Virus record (IMG/VR): IMGVR_UViG_3300020042_007470
Location: 1-24,772 of that record
DNA from: a virus
Lineage: Duplodnaviria; Caudoviricetes
Direction: 5' to 3' (one strand)
DNA: 24,772 bases
Shown here: piece after piece, positions 7,472-15,302 of the stretch
Layout: each line of letters starts with the position of its first letter
How positions within the stretch are numbered: the first letter of the stretch is position 1
Translations under genes and position numbers: made by a program
The notes under the pieces: model-generated
Databases searched by the model: none
What the model saw: only the letters and a program-made list of their open reading frames with translations
What the model was told of the DNA's origin: nothing

Positions 7472-7501
7472 TTGGTATTAAGTATAAATGTGTGCTATAA
7501 T
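7472..7501 (+). promoter_or_regulatory. Sigma-A type promoter for the ATPase-SSB-RNA-primase unit
   Basis: TTGGTA (7472-7477), 18 bp, extended -10 TGcTATAAT (7496-7501) in an AT-rich intergenic gap; GGAGG RBS at 7520. Confidence 0.75.
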
Positions 7502-7530
7502 GTAAAAACACAAACGAACGGAGGAAACAA

Positions 7531-8271
7531 ATGACTACAAATAATAAGACTGACTTTCCTGCTTTCAGCTTTCAAAAGCTGATTCACAAAGCGGAAGTTC
7601 TGAACAAACCAAAAAGCATTTTGCTTTTTGCTGACCCAGGTAAAGGTAAGACTTGGCTTGCAGCTTCGATCTCGGAGCTTGCAGAATACAGCCCGGTTCT
7701 ACTGATCGATGCAGAGGGTGGCGCATCTGCTATCGCTCGTGACTGGAAGAACGTTGACGTTGTTAGCGTAACCACACACGAGGGCTTTGTAAAAGTTATC
7801 GAAGAGCTGCTGATCAACCAAGGTCACTACAAATCGGTTATCATCGACACTCTTGGTGTTGTGATGGATCGTGCAGAAAAGTTCTTTGGTGAAAAGCCTG
7901 AGAACCAGAACAACAAGTTCGGTAAATGGGGCGACCTAAAGAACTGGGCTAACGGAGTATTCCGCAGCCTACATGGTGCATCGTTTACCTCAATCCTAAT
8001 CGCCCACGCATTGGATGAAAAAGATGATAACACTGGAGCTATCAAGACGACAGCAATGTTGCCTGGATCGTTCAAGTCCACACTGCCAAGCATTCCAGAC
8101 ATTGTTGGATACCTTGCAGTTGAGCAGACCGAGGATGGCCCACAGCGTGTGCTAATCACTGGCAGCTCAGACCGCCTAGTAACAAAAAACCGATTTGGTC
8201 TTCCACCGAAGATCTATCAACCATCGATGAAAAAGATCATCGATCTTATCAACCAAGGAGGTAAAGAATAA
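7531..8271 (+). CDS. AAA_24 / Sak4-like ATPase (putative single-strand annealing recombinase)
   Basis: Walker A ADPGKGKT, IDAEGG, Walker B VIIDT, IAH, KNR motifs; sits between exonuclease and SSB. Confidence 0.85.
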   Translation: MTTNNKTDFPAFSFQKLIHKAEVLNKPKSILLFADPGKGKTWLAASISELAEYSPVLLIDAEGGASAIARDWKNVDVVSVTTHEGFVKVIEELLINQGHYKSVIIDTLGVVMDRAEKFFGEKPENQNNKFGKWGDLKNWANGVFRSLHGASFTSILIAHALDEKDDNTGAIKTTAMLPGSFKSTLPSIPDIVGYLAVEQTEDGPQRVLITGSSDRLVTKNRFGLPPKIYQPSMKKIIDLINQGGKE

Positions 8272-8747
8272 TGACTAACATTTCATTTAACATTACAGAA
8301 GAGGCTCTAGCAAGTTCGGGAGGATCTTACGATCCAGTTCCTGCTGGCAGCTACAACGCAACAATCTTCAACATTGAGTCAGAGCAGGTGAAGTCTGGCC
8401 CAAACGAGGGTAAGCCTCGTTTCAACGTGCAGTTCCGTCTAACCGGGGACAAGGTGGATAACCGCCGCGTCTTCAGCTATGTTCCACTCTATGTAGCAAA
8501 CGATTTCTGGAAGACCCAGGCTTTCTTCAAGTCGCTTGGTTTCGACATGAAGTCAGGTAAGTTCACTGTTCCAGAAGTGGCTGACCTACTGGGCAAGTCG
8601 ATCGGGGTTCGTGTCAAGATTGGCACAGACCAGAACGGCCAGCCTCGTAACGAAGTCGGTGGCTTTGATGCACCGGCACCTGAGAGTGCAGCTTCGTTGC
8701 TTGAGTCGATGGGTGCTAAGCCTATTGACACGAGCGACCTCCTCTAA
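8271..8747 (+). CDS. ssb: DUF669-like single-stranded DNA-binding protein
   Basis: YDPVPAGSYNATI..KSG..G...NRRVF pattern, acidic C-terminal tail, typical synteny with the ATPase. Confidence 0.8.
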   Translation: MTNISFNITEEALASSGGSYDPVPAGSYNATIFNIESEQVKSGPNEGKPRFNVQFRLTGDKVDNRRVFSYVPLYVANDFWKTQAFFKSLGFDMKSGKFTVPEVADLLGKSIGVRVKIGTDQNGQPRNEVGGFDAPAPESAASLLESMGAKPIDTSDLL

Positions 8748-8753
8748 ATGGGC

Positions 8754-8781
8754 AATCCTGAACATGATTTAAAACTGTTCA
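8754..8781 (+). ncRNA. Predicted compact H-type RNA pseudoknot
   Basis: S1 AATC(8754-57)/GATT(8766-69); S2 TGAACA(8759-64)/TGTTCA(8776-81); loops C, T and TAAAAC. Confidence 0.5.
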
Positions 8782-8784
8782 CAA

Positions 8785-8864
8785 GCCCTGCATGGCTGAC
8801 GCAAACATCTCCTTGTTGTCTCCTCCTCCTTGTAGCGAATGTGGTTCGATTCCACATCAGGGCA
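8785..8864 (+). ncRNA. tRNA-like RNA without an anticodon arm, with a pyrimidine-rich anti-SD loop
   Basis: Acceptor GCCCTG/CAGGGC + A; canonical T-arm TGTGG-TTCGATT-CCACA; central stem CGCaaACA/TGTaGCG closing loop TCTCCTTGTTGTCTCCTCCTCCT. Confidence 0.7.
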
Positions 8865-8868
8865 CAAT

Positions 8869-8941
8869 GCCTCAATAGCTCATCTGGTAGAGCAACGCAC
8901 TTGTAATGCGTAGGTGGCGGGTTCAAGTCCTGCTTGAGGCT
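8869..8941 (+). tRNA. tRNA-Thr(UGU)
   Basis: Acceptor GCCTCAA/TTGAGGC, D-arm GCTC/GAGC, anticodon arm ACGCA-CTTGTAA-TGCGT, T-arm GCGGG-TTCAAGT-CCTGC; CCA not encoded. Confidence 0.95.
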
Positions 8942-8944
8942 CAA

Positions 8945-9003
8945 GGCAAGGAAGTGCGACACACTGTGTCGAAGTATTGGGACAACCAGGCGGAAACCTT
9001 GCC
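8945..9003 (+). ncRNA. Structured inter-tRNA spacer (predicted three-way junction)
   Basis: Closing stem GGCAAGG/CCTTGCC; hairpins CGACAC-act-GTGTCG and TGG-gacaa-CCA. Confidence 0.4.
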
Positions 9004-9007
9004 CCTT

Positions 9008-9080
9008 TGGGGTATAGCTCAGCTGGCAGAGCGTTCGACCGTTAATCGAAATGTCGCAGGTTCGATCCCTGCTGCCCCAG
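9008..9080 (+). tRNA. tRNA-Asn(GUU) with C at position 33
   Basis: Acceptor TGGGGTA/TGCCCCA + G73, D-arm GCTC/GAGC, anticodon arm TTCGA-CCGTTAA-TCGAA, T-arm GCAGG-TTCGATC-CCTGC. Confidence 0.92.
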
Positions 9081-9113
9081 CAACATAGGAGAATTTTATC
9101 TAAAGGAGGATAT

Positions 9114-11309
9114 ATGAAAACAGCAGATTTCTTTTCTGCGATCTACGGCGATGCTCGTGGACTTGCAACCATCGTAACCAAAGGTGCATCAGGCGATCTT
9201 ACGGAACAAAAGTTCTTTGAATACCCTGAGCAGCTAGAGGCCATGATCGCGCACTGCAACATTTACGCTCGCGAAGACATTTACTATTCCCCAATCCTTT
9301 TCAACTCGCCTCGCCGCATTAAAGAGAACGCAAAAACCGTTCACGTTGTTTACGCCGATGCCGATACTTGCGCCCCAGAAAACTTTATTGTCGAACCATC
9401 GATCTCTGTGCAAACAAGCCACGATCGTTGGCACACTTACTGGATCCTTGATGCTGAAACCGATCCACAAGATGTTGCCCTGCTAGCCAAGAAGATTGCT
9501 TACGCACACTCACACCAGGGTTGCGACAAGTCTGGCTGGAATACTACCAAGCTACTTCGTGTGCCAAACTCGGTGAACTGTAAGCGCGAAGACAAGTTTA
9601 CAGTAACCGCCACAAGTAACGGCGCAATTTACACAATGGATGACCTGACATTGCATTACGGCGATGTTCAGGTCGAGCCGATCCGGGAACTATCTTTAGA
9701 TGCTCTCCCGGCTGGCTGGCCAGATCTTATGAAGAGCATGGCTAAAGTGAAAAGTAGCCCAGAAGTTTTGTCGCTTTACAAAGATCAGCCACCAGTGAAC
9801 TCAGACTGGTCTAAGCTGCTTTGGAAACTAGAGTTAGCTTTATTTCAGCAAGGTTTGACGCAGGAAGAAGTGTTTGTTGTTTGTCGCACAGCAAAGTGCA
9901 ACAAGTATCACAGCCCTCTGCGGCCTAAGCGTTACGATGCTGATGGTGATCTGTGGCGCGAAGTGCAACGTGCAGCTAAGTCACACCAGATTGATGCAAC
10001 CACACCACAGCTTGCTAGGATTGAACCTGTCGAAACTGTGATCTCGTTACAGCAAGAAAAGGTTGACTTCTTGTCAATAGCCGAAATGAAGATTGTGAAA
10101 AAAGCCCACACCTTTATTGACGACTATGTTGCCTGGGCCGGGTCCAAAACTGACGGTGCTTTGGGATACCAGATCGCCAGTGCGTTTACAGTAATGTCGT
10201 GCGTGTTCTCAGACATTGGTTATGCAATCCCGAAGTATGGTCGCATGGGTTTGAACCTCTGGTTTATGGTGCTAGGTGAAACCACTCTAACTCGTAAATC
10301 AACCAGCCGAAACCTAATGTTGCGGATGATTCGTGAGTATGAGCGGTTCTCAGGTTACCAGATCGATATCGGTTCGGATGCCACACCTGAGGGTATTACA
10401 AACATTTTGGCAGAGCGTGACGGCAAAACTTCTTTGTTGCACCGCGATGAAGTCCAAGGAATGTTCAAAGACTTTATGTCTAAAACATATATGGCTTCAG
10501 CTGCAGAAAGATTTACCGAACTTTATGATGGCCACGTTCCTGTGGTGATCAGGTCCGGTAAAGACAAGAGGCAAACAGAGAGAGCAACAACAAACTTTGT
10601 AATGTATTTGATGGGTATTGGTAGCAAAACCGCCGATGTTCTCACCACCGAATATTTCAAGTCAGGGTTCTTGGCACGTTTCATTTATGTTACAGCTGAC
10701 ACCCCGGAGCGCACACGCGAGATGGAAGATATCCAGCAAGCAGATGAGCAAGAAGTTGTTGTAAAAGATCTTGTCTTAGATGGTTTGGTGAAAGCCCTTT
10801 ACAACTCTGTTGTTTATTGGCAGAAAAAGGGTTCACCAAACCCTCGCCCGGTTCGCATGACTCAAGAAGCATTGGAACGTTTCAACCAATACAAATGGGA
10901 TATGGGAAACTATACAGAGATGCACCCAGACGCTGAATCTATTGAGCCATCGCGTCAGCGACTAGCTTTATCGGTTTGGAAGTGTGCAATCATGCTAGCG
11001 ATGTGTGACCAGTCGGATCAGGTAGAACTCAAGCACTTGCTTGTGGCAATCCATTACTCGGAAGCCTGGTTTATGGATTTGGTTCGTATGGCTAGTGCAA
11101 TCTCGAACTCTGAATGGCAACGCGATGTTGACAACCTTGAAGCATTAGTTATGGATAAGGGTGGCCGAATCCGTTACGAAGAGGCTTACAGGAAGTTTAG
11201 CAACAAGCGTAAACGAGAGTTTGATGAGATGATTCAAGCACTCCAGTCGCAAGCTAGAGTTCAAATTACTATGGAAAATAATAAAACCTATTTGGAGGTG
11301 ATCGGATGA
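9114..11309 (+). CDS. RepB-like DNA primase fused to a DUF3987-like ATPase/helicase domain
   Basis: AAGGAGG RBS before ATG 9114 (the 9051 start lies inside a tRNA); YADAD, QTS...HTYW, LLRVPNSVN primase motifs; GETTLTRKST, DEV, SGFLARF in the C-terminal half. Confidence 0.85.
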   Translation: MKTADFFSAIYGDARGLATIVTKGASGDLTEQKFFEYPEQLEAMIAHCNIYAREDIYYSPILFNSPRRIKENAKTVHVVYADADTCAPENFIVEPSISVQTSHDRWHTYWILDAETDPQDVALLAKKIAYAHSHQGCDKSGWNTTKLLRVPNSVNCKREDKFTVTATSNGAIYTMDDLTLHYGDVQVEPIRELSLDALPAGWPDLMKSMAKVKSSPEVLSLYKDQPPVNSDWSKLLWKLELALFQQGLTQEEVFVVCRTAKCNKYHSPLRPKRYDADGDLWREVQRAAKSHQIDATTPQLARIEPVETVISLQQEKVDFLSIAEMKIVKKAHTFIDDYVAWAGSKTDGALGYQIASAFTVMSCVFSDIGYAIPKYGRMGLNLWFMVLGETTLTRKSTSRNLMLRMIREYERFSGYQIDIGSDATPEGITNILAERDGKTSLLHRDEVQGMFKDFMSKTYMASAAERFTELYDGHVPVVIRSGKDKRQTERATTNFVMYLMGIGSKTADVLTTEYFKSGFLARFIYVTADTPERTREMEDIQQADEQEVVVKDLVLDGLVKALYNSVVYWQKKGSPNPRPVRMTQEALERFNQYKWDMGNYTEMHPDAESIEPSRQRLALSVWKCAIMLAMCDQSDQVELKHLLVAIHYSEAWFMDLVRMASAISNSEWQRDVDNLEALVMDKGGRIRYEEAYRKFSNKRKREFDEMIQALQSQARVQITMENNKTYLEVIG

Positions 11310-11713
11310 TGAACAGAAACGAAGCGTTACATGTGGCTGCAGCTTTGAACGAAGCGATTTGGATTCGTGACCATGCAGAAACGATTACTAGACCAGAACT
11401 GGTTGATGCTGTTGTTGCGTTGGGAGCTTACGAAGTTTTTTCAAGTAGGCAGATTTCAGCAATATCTAACGGCAAACTATCTCCAGCTGCTGTATCGGGA
11501 ATTATAAACAAGTCAGATAAAACTGGTGGAAAACTAAACCCTGGCACTTTGGAGATCTTGCGTGGCATTCTTTACTCAAGGGCAGACAATCGCACTGATA
11601 GGCGCTTGATCAAAACTGCACTTGGTGAGGGTAACTCGCAAGGAATGATAGCAAAACTGACTGGTGTGAGCCAGTCTTTGGTTAGTAAAATATCGCGAAA
11701 GGAGGAAAAATGA
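11306..11713 (+). CDS. HTH DNA-binding protein
   Basis: GGAGG RBS; C-terminal SQGMIAKLTGVSQSLVSKI and a second internal SSRQISAIS...LSPAAVS HTH-like segment. Confidence 0.75.
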   Translation: MMNRNEALHVAAALNEAIWIRDHAETITRPELVDAVVALGAYEVFSSRQISAISNGKLSPAAVSGIINKSDKTGGKLNPGTLEILRGILYSRADNRTDRRLIKTALGEGNSQGMIAKLTGVSQSLVSKISRKEEK

Positions 11714-11910
11714 ATTTATATTTAAGATCGTCTAAATGGGATGATGTTTTGACAGATGCAAGTGCAATAAAGTTTCATGCTTTACAACATTTGATGGGCA
11801 ACAAATACCCAACATCTACTGCAGCTTTTCAGTTTGTAAAACATTTGGAACACACTAAAGGGGTAGTAGTAAACTTGTGGAGTGAAAATGCCAACGATAT
11901 TAAGCTTTGA
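11710..11910 (+). CDS. Hypothetical protein
   Basis: AGGAGG RBS, ATGA overlap, 66 aa. Confidence 0.65.
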   Translation: MNLYLRSSKWDDVLTDASAIKFHALQHLMGNKYPTSTAAFQFVKHLEHTKGVVVNLWSENANDIKL

Positions 11911-12328
11911 TCCGGGCGGAACCACAGGTGTAGCTTTGACGGCTTACAGTGATGAAGATGTTGAAGTTTTGTGGCACAAACAGATCACTGGCAGCTTGAA
12001 AGGGTTTCTTGACTTTCATTGGGATCAGCTAGAAGATTTAAAGTTTGACAAAATTGTTTGTGAATCTTTTACTCTTCGCGAAGGTGTTTATGGTGCCGAC
12101 CTGTCGCCAGTTTACATTATCGGCGCACTGGAGGCTTTATATCCAGGGGTAGACATAATCTACCAAGAACCTAAACTAAAGCCTTTGTGCGATGACACAA
12201 GGCTAAAGAAGATGGGTTTGCACACGCCGGGGCGCGGTCACGCAATGGATGCTGTCCGTCATGCTATAATCTATTTAAGGAACAAAAAACATTATCCGAC
12301 TCTTAGAAAGGGGTGGCTAGATGAGTAA
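11888..12328 (+). CDS. RuvC-like Holliday junction resolvase
   Basis: ILSFDPGGTTG, VCESF and HAMDAVRH acidic catalytic motifs. Confidence 0.82.
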   Translation: MPTILSFDPGGTTGVALTAYSDEDVEVLWHKQITGSLKGFLDFHWDQLEDLKFDKIVCESFTLREGVYGADLSPVYIIGALEALYPGVDIIYQEPKLKPLCDDTRLKKMGLHTPGRGHAMDAVRHAIIYLRNKKHYPTLRKGWLDE

Positions 12329-13625
12329 ATGCAAACTATGCGACATGTTACCAAATAAAGATCTTGAAGCTGTCCTGTCAAGCGCAGCTTCGGCTCGCGA
12401 AGTGGCAGATCAGTTTGAGATTGGCAAAACTACAGTAGCAAAACATCGCAAAGAAAATCATATTCTTGGCCACACAAAAGTTGAGTCTGGAGATACTGCT
12501 GAAGTTATTTGGCGAGGAGATAGTGGAGAACTAAAAACCGGTTCTATGTCTAGCGACATTAACGGCAAAACTCATGAAGATATTTTGCGGGAGTTTGGTC
12601 ACGATCCTGAACTGGTAGAAATTTCTACAGTTTTGTGGGAAAAGCACAGCCAATACTGGAGTATTGACTTAGAGCAAATGTTGTGGAAACACAGCTACTC
12701 TTTCGGCCTGGTAAAGAAAAGGCAAGAAGTTGCTCGTGATGATGTTGATGCCATTAAGTTGATGAATGAAATCAAGCCATTGGTTGCTTCAAGTAAACCC
12801 CCGGTGGGTCAATCATCCAGCTTTGTGTTGGACTGGGCTGACTGGCAGTTCGCTAAAAAAGAGGGTGGCGGTTCACAAGGTCTAATCGAACGACTGCTAA
12901 AAGCTTTTGACTCGGCCGAAGAACGCATCTTAGAGTTGCGATCAATAGGGCGTAGACTTGACGAACTGGTGATCATTGGTGGTGGCGACATGGTTGAGGG
13001 TTGTGTAATTTACCCAAACCAAAGCTACGAGATCGATGATCACCGCCGAGGGCAAATCAAAAACACTGTGGCAATGATCATTTATGGTATCAAAAAGCTT
13101 GCACCATTGTTCAACACTGTAAAAGTTGTTGTTGTGCCAGGTAACCATGGTGAACACCGGATTGCTGGTAATCGCACAACAATTGGTGACAACGATGACC
13201 TGCTCGTGTTTGAAATGGCGCAGCTCGGTGTCGAATCTGATCCAAAATATAAGCACGTTTCATTTGAGATTGCTGATAAAGAAATGTCTGTAACAACCGA
13301 AATCCTTGGTTGGACTTATGGTGTCACCCATGGTGACGTTTATGGTAAGACTGGTGGCACAGGTATTCGTAACAAAGTATTTAACTGGTTCAAAACTATG
13401 GCTGCCAATCGGCACCCAGTCGGTTCGGCGGATGTGTTGGTAACTCACCACTTCCACCACTTAGCACTCGAAGATTGGGGGGCGACACTATGGGTTCAAA
13501 ATCCAACAATGGATGGTGGAAGTCACTATTACAAAGAAGCAACTGGCCATGGCGCAAAGTCAGGAATGAACAGTTGGGTAGTGACGCACCACGAACGTAT
13601 ACAGGACCAACAGATCCTAAGATAA
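12321..13625 (+). CDS. Calcineurin-like metallophosphoesterase (Mre11-like) with N-terminal CxxC/HTH region
   Basis: DWQ, GDMVEG, GNHGE, HGD and HHFH motifs; N-terminal CKLC and AREVADQFEIGKTTVAKH. Confidence 0.85.
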   Translation: MSKCKLCDMLPNKDLEAVLSSAASAREVADQFEIGKTTVAKHRKENHILGHTKVESGDTAEVIWRGDSGELKTGSMSSDINGKTHEDILREFGHDPELVEISTVLWEKHSQYWSIDLEQMLWKHSYSFGLVKKRQEVARDDVDAIKLMNEIKPLVASSKPPVGQSSSFVLDWADWQFAKKEGGGSQGLIERLLKAFDSAEERILELRSIGRRLDELVIIGGGDMVEGCVIYPNQSYEIDDHRRGQIKNTVAMIIYGIKKLAPLFNTVKVVVVPGNHGEHRIAGNRTTIGDNDDLLVFEMAQLGVESDPKYKHVSFEIADKEMSVTTEILGWTYGVTHGDVYGKTGGTGIRNKVFNWFKTMAANRHPVGSADVLVTHHFHHLALEDWGATLWVQNPTMDGGSHYYKEATGHGAKSGMNSWVVTHHERIQDQQILR

Positions 13626-13642
13626 ACTGGTTAGTAAAAGAA

Positions 13643-13858
13643 GTGCATGACGAAACTCATGACATAACTTTAAGCATCCAATTCATTTGTGGCTGTGGCG
13701 AAAGAGTAGTTGATCTCGGTAATGAAGAGTTCGAATGCTTGCATTGTGATCGTTTTTGCGACATACAAGACTGCATCCACTGTGAAGAGCTAGAAAAATC
13801 TGACGTAGAAGCATACCTTAGTGAAATGGAAGATGGTGATGAAGATTCCGACATATGA
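13643..13858 (+). CDS. Small Cys-rich acidic protein
   Basis: CGC, CLHC, C, CIHC; start placed at GTG 13643 after the upstream stop (uncertain). Confidence 0.6.
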   Translation: MHDETHDITLSIQFICGCGERVVDLGNEEFECLHCDRFCDIQDCIHCEELEKSDVEAYLSEMEDGDEDSDI

Positions 13859-14030
13859 ATATGTTTGCACCCTGTGTGACGTAACTTACGAAGAAACTCG
13901 AAGCATTAAAGAAAATTCTAAAATTATAGAATGTATTGAATGCGGAGAATTGCTAAAAAGAGTCTTCTCAACCCCAACAATAACATTTAATGGTAGCGGA
14001 TTTTACGCTACAGATAAGAAAGGAGAATAA
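13839..14030 (+). CDS. FmdB-family zinc-ribbon protein
   Basis: PTYEYVCTLC...CIECG..LKRVFS...FNGSGFYATD signature. Confidence 0.85.
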   Translation: MKIPTYEYVCTLCDVTYEETRSIKENSKIIECIECGELLKRVFSTPTITFNGSGFYATDKKGE

Positions 14031-14384
14031 ATGATCAAATGGTCACTATTTAAAGAAGCAGCTGACGGCACATACAAGCCACCAGCCGGGGTTCAAAGCG
14101 CAGCTAAACGCGCTCTGAAGTGGATCGCTGACGGCAAGGCAGGCTCTGGATTTACCAGCGTAGGTCGCAGGCGTGCATCACAGCTGGCCTCAGGTGAAGC
14201 TGTGAGCCGAGACACTGTTGCTAGAATGAAGTCTTACTTCGCTCGGCACACAGTAGACAAGCAGGCTACCGGATTTAGCGCTGGCGAAGAGGGTTACCCA
14301 ACACCGGGCCGAGTAGCTTGGGATGCTTGGGGCGGAGATGCAGGTAAAACCTGGGTCAACAGAATCAACTTAGAAGAAAAATAG
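14031..14384 (+). CDS. Conserved basic phage protein of unknown function
   Basis: AAGGAG RBS; RMKSYFARH and VAWDAWGGDAG motifs that recur in phage proteins. Confidence 0.75.
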   Translation: MIKWSLFKEAADGTYKPPAGVQSAAKRALKWIADGKAGSGFTSVGRRRASQLASGEAVSRDTVARMKSYFARHTVDKQATGFSAGEEGYPTPGRVAWDAWGGDAGKTWVNRINLEEK

Positions 14385-14392
14385 GAGGATAA

Positions 14393-14677
14393 ATGTTAAC
14401 AGAATTTGAACGAGATCTTATCGATGTGGCAGATGCTAACCTTACTTTATTGCTGAGCAAGCACAAAGATTATGGGCCGCTAAACATTGCTAACGCACCA
14501 GGTGGGCCACTAAATGGCCTCCGGGTAAGAATGCACGACAAACTAGCTAGAATCAACCACCTGATCGATAACGAACTTGAGGCAGAGCACGAAAGCCTTT
14601 ATGATTCGTTTCTTGATCTAGCAAACTATGCTTTGATTGCACAGCTTGTGCTAGAAGATAAGTGGCCTACAGAATAG
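14393..14677 (+). CDS. Nucleotide-modification-associated domain 1 (DUF1599-like) protein
   Basis: AGGAGG RBS; KHKDYG, VRMHDKLAR, DSFLDLANYA motifs. Confidence 0.78.
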   Translation: MLTEFERDLIDVADANLTLLLSKHKDYGPLNIANAPGGPLNGLRVRMHDKLARINHLIDNELEAEHESLYDSFLDLANYALIAQLVLEDKWPTE

Positions 14678-14688
14678 TAGGCAAAGAT

Positions 14689-14719
14689 AAACCCCCAACC
14701 TTAACTGGCTGGGGGTTTT
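14689..14719. terminator. Bidirectional intrinsic terminator between the convergent arms
   Basis: AAACCCCCAaCC-ttaact-GGcTGGGGGTTTT hairpin flanked by A and T runs, between converging stops at 14677 and 14740. Confidence 0.85.
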
Positions 14720-14739
14720 CTCTTGTCGGGTTTTCCTAC

Positions 14740-14982
14740 CTATGGCAGAAGACTTGTTACTAGTGACACAGCAATTGCTAAAATAGCAATTGCAATAGCA
14801 ATAATATTTGATTTGTTTGTTTGTTGCGTTTTCAATTCTTTTACATCAAGTTCAATCTCGTTGATACGATTGTCTTGAGCATCTAACTTCTTTTCCATAC
14901 GCTCCTGTGACTCCCTTACTGAGCGCATGCCTTCTTCTAAACGACCAAGCGCAACGTATAATTCTGGAGATTGATCAGACAT
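14740..14982 (-). CDS. Coiled-coil protein with C-terminal transmembrane helix (lysis cassette)
   Basis: Heptad-rich N-terminus, hydrophobic IIAIAIAILAIAVSLV tail, TAATG coupling to the upstream gene. Confidence 0.75.
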   Translation of the reverse strand: MSDQSPELYVALGRLEEGMRSVRESQERMEKKLDAQDNRINEIELDVKELKTQQTNKSNIIAIAIAILAIAVSLVTSLLP

Positions 14983-15263
14983 TACTCTTTGGGCTTACTT
15001 TGGTCAACGTGTTTTTGCACAGCATCTTGAGTTGCCCTAGCAACATCTTCTGTGTCTACTCGCCCGGTTACTGCAATTGCATAACCGATAGCACCAACAA
15101 TACCTAGCATTAGGGTTGTCCAAGCAATTAGTATGCCAGTAAATGGGTCGCCAGTAATGACGGCACCAGAACCTGCAGCTCCACCAACAATAAATAAGAA
15201 CACACCAAAACCACGCCATATAAGCGTGCCAATGATAGCAAGAATTTCTTTAATTCGATCCAT
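14982..15263 (-). CDS. Putative holin
   Basis: Two hydrophobic segments and a charged C-terminus, directly downstream of the endolysin. Confidence 0.7.
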   Translation of the reverse strand: MDRIKEILAIIGTLIWRGFGVFLFIVGGAAGSGAVITGDPFTGILIAWTTLMLGIVGAIGYAIAVTGRVDTEDVARATQDAVQKHVDQSKPKE

Positions 15264-15302
15264 TTTATACCAATCTCGCCCATCTCCTAAAGCAATTGTA
15301 TC

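Noticed and set aside
8725-8756. Dedicated promoter for the RNA cluster (TTGACA at 8725)
   Set aside because: No acceptable -10 hexamer at 16-19 bp spacing
8785-8864. Canonical tRNA or tmRNA
   Set aside because: No D-stem or 7-nt anticodon loop; no G3-U70 pair, tag reading frame or tmRNA-length body
8906-9113. ORF 8906-9088 and the 9051 start for the primase
   Set aside because: Both overlap well-formed tRNA genes; the primase has a strong RBS before ATG 9114
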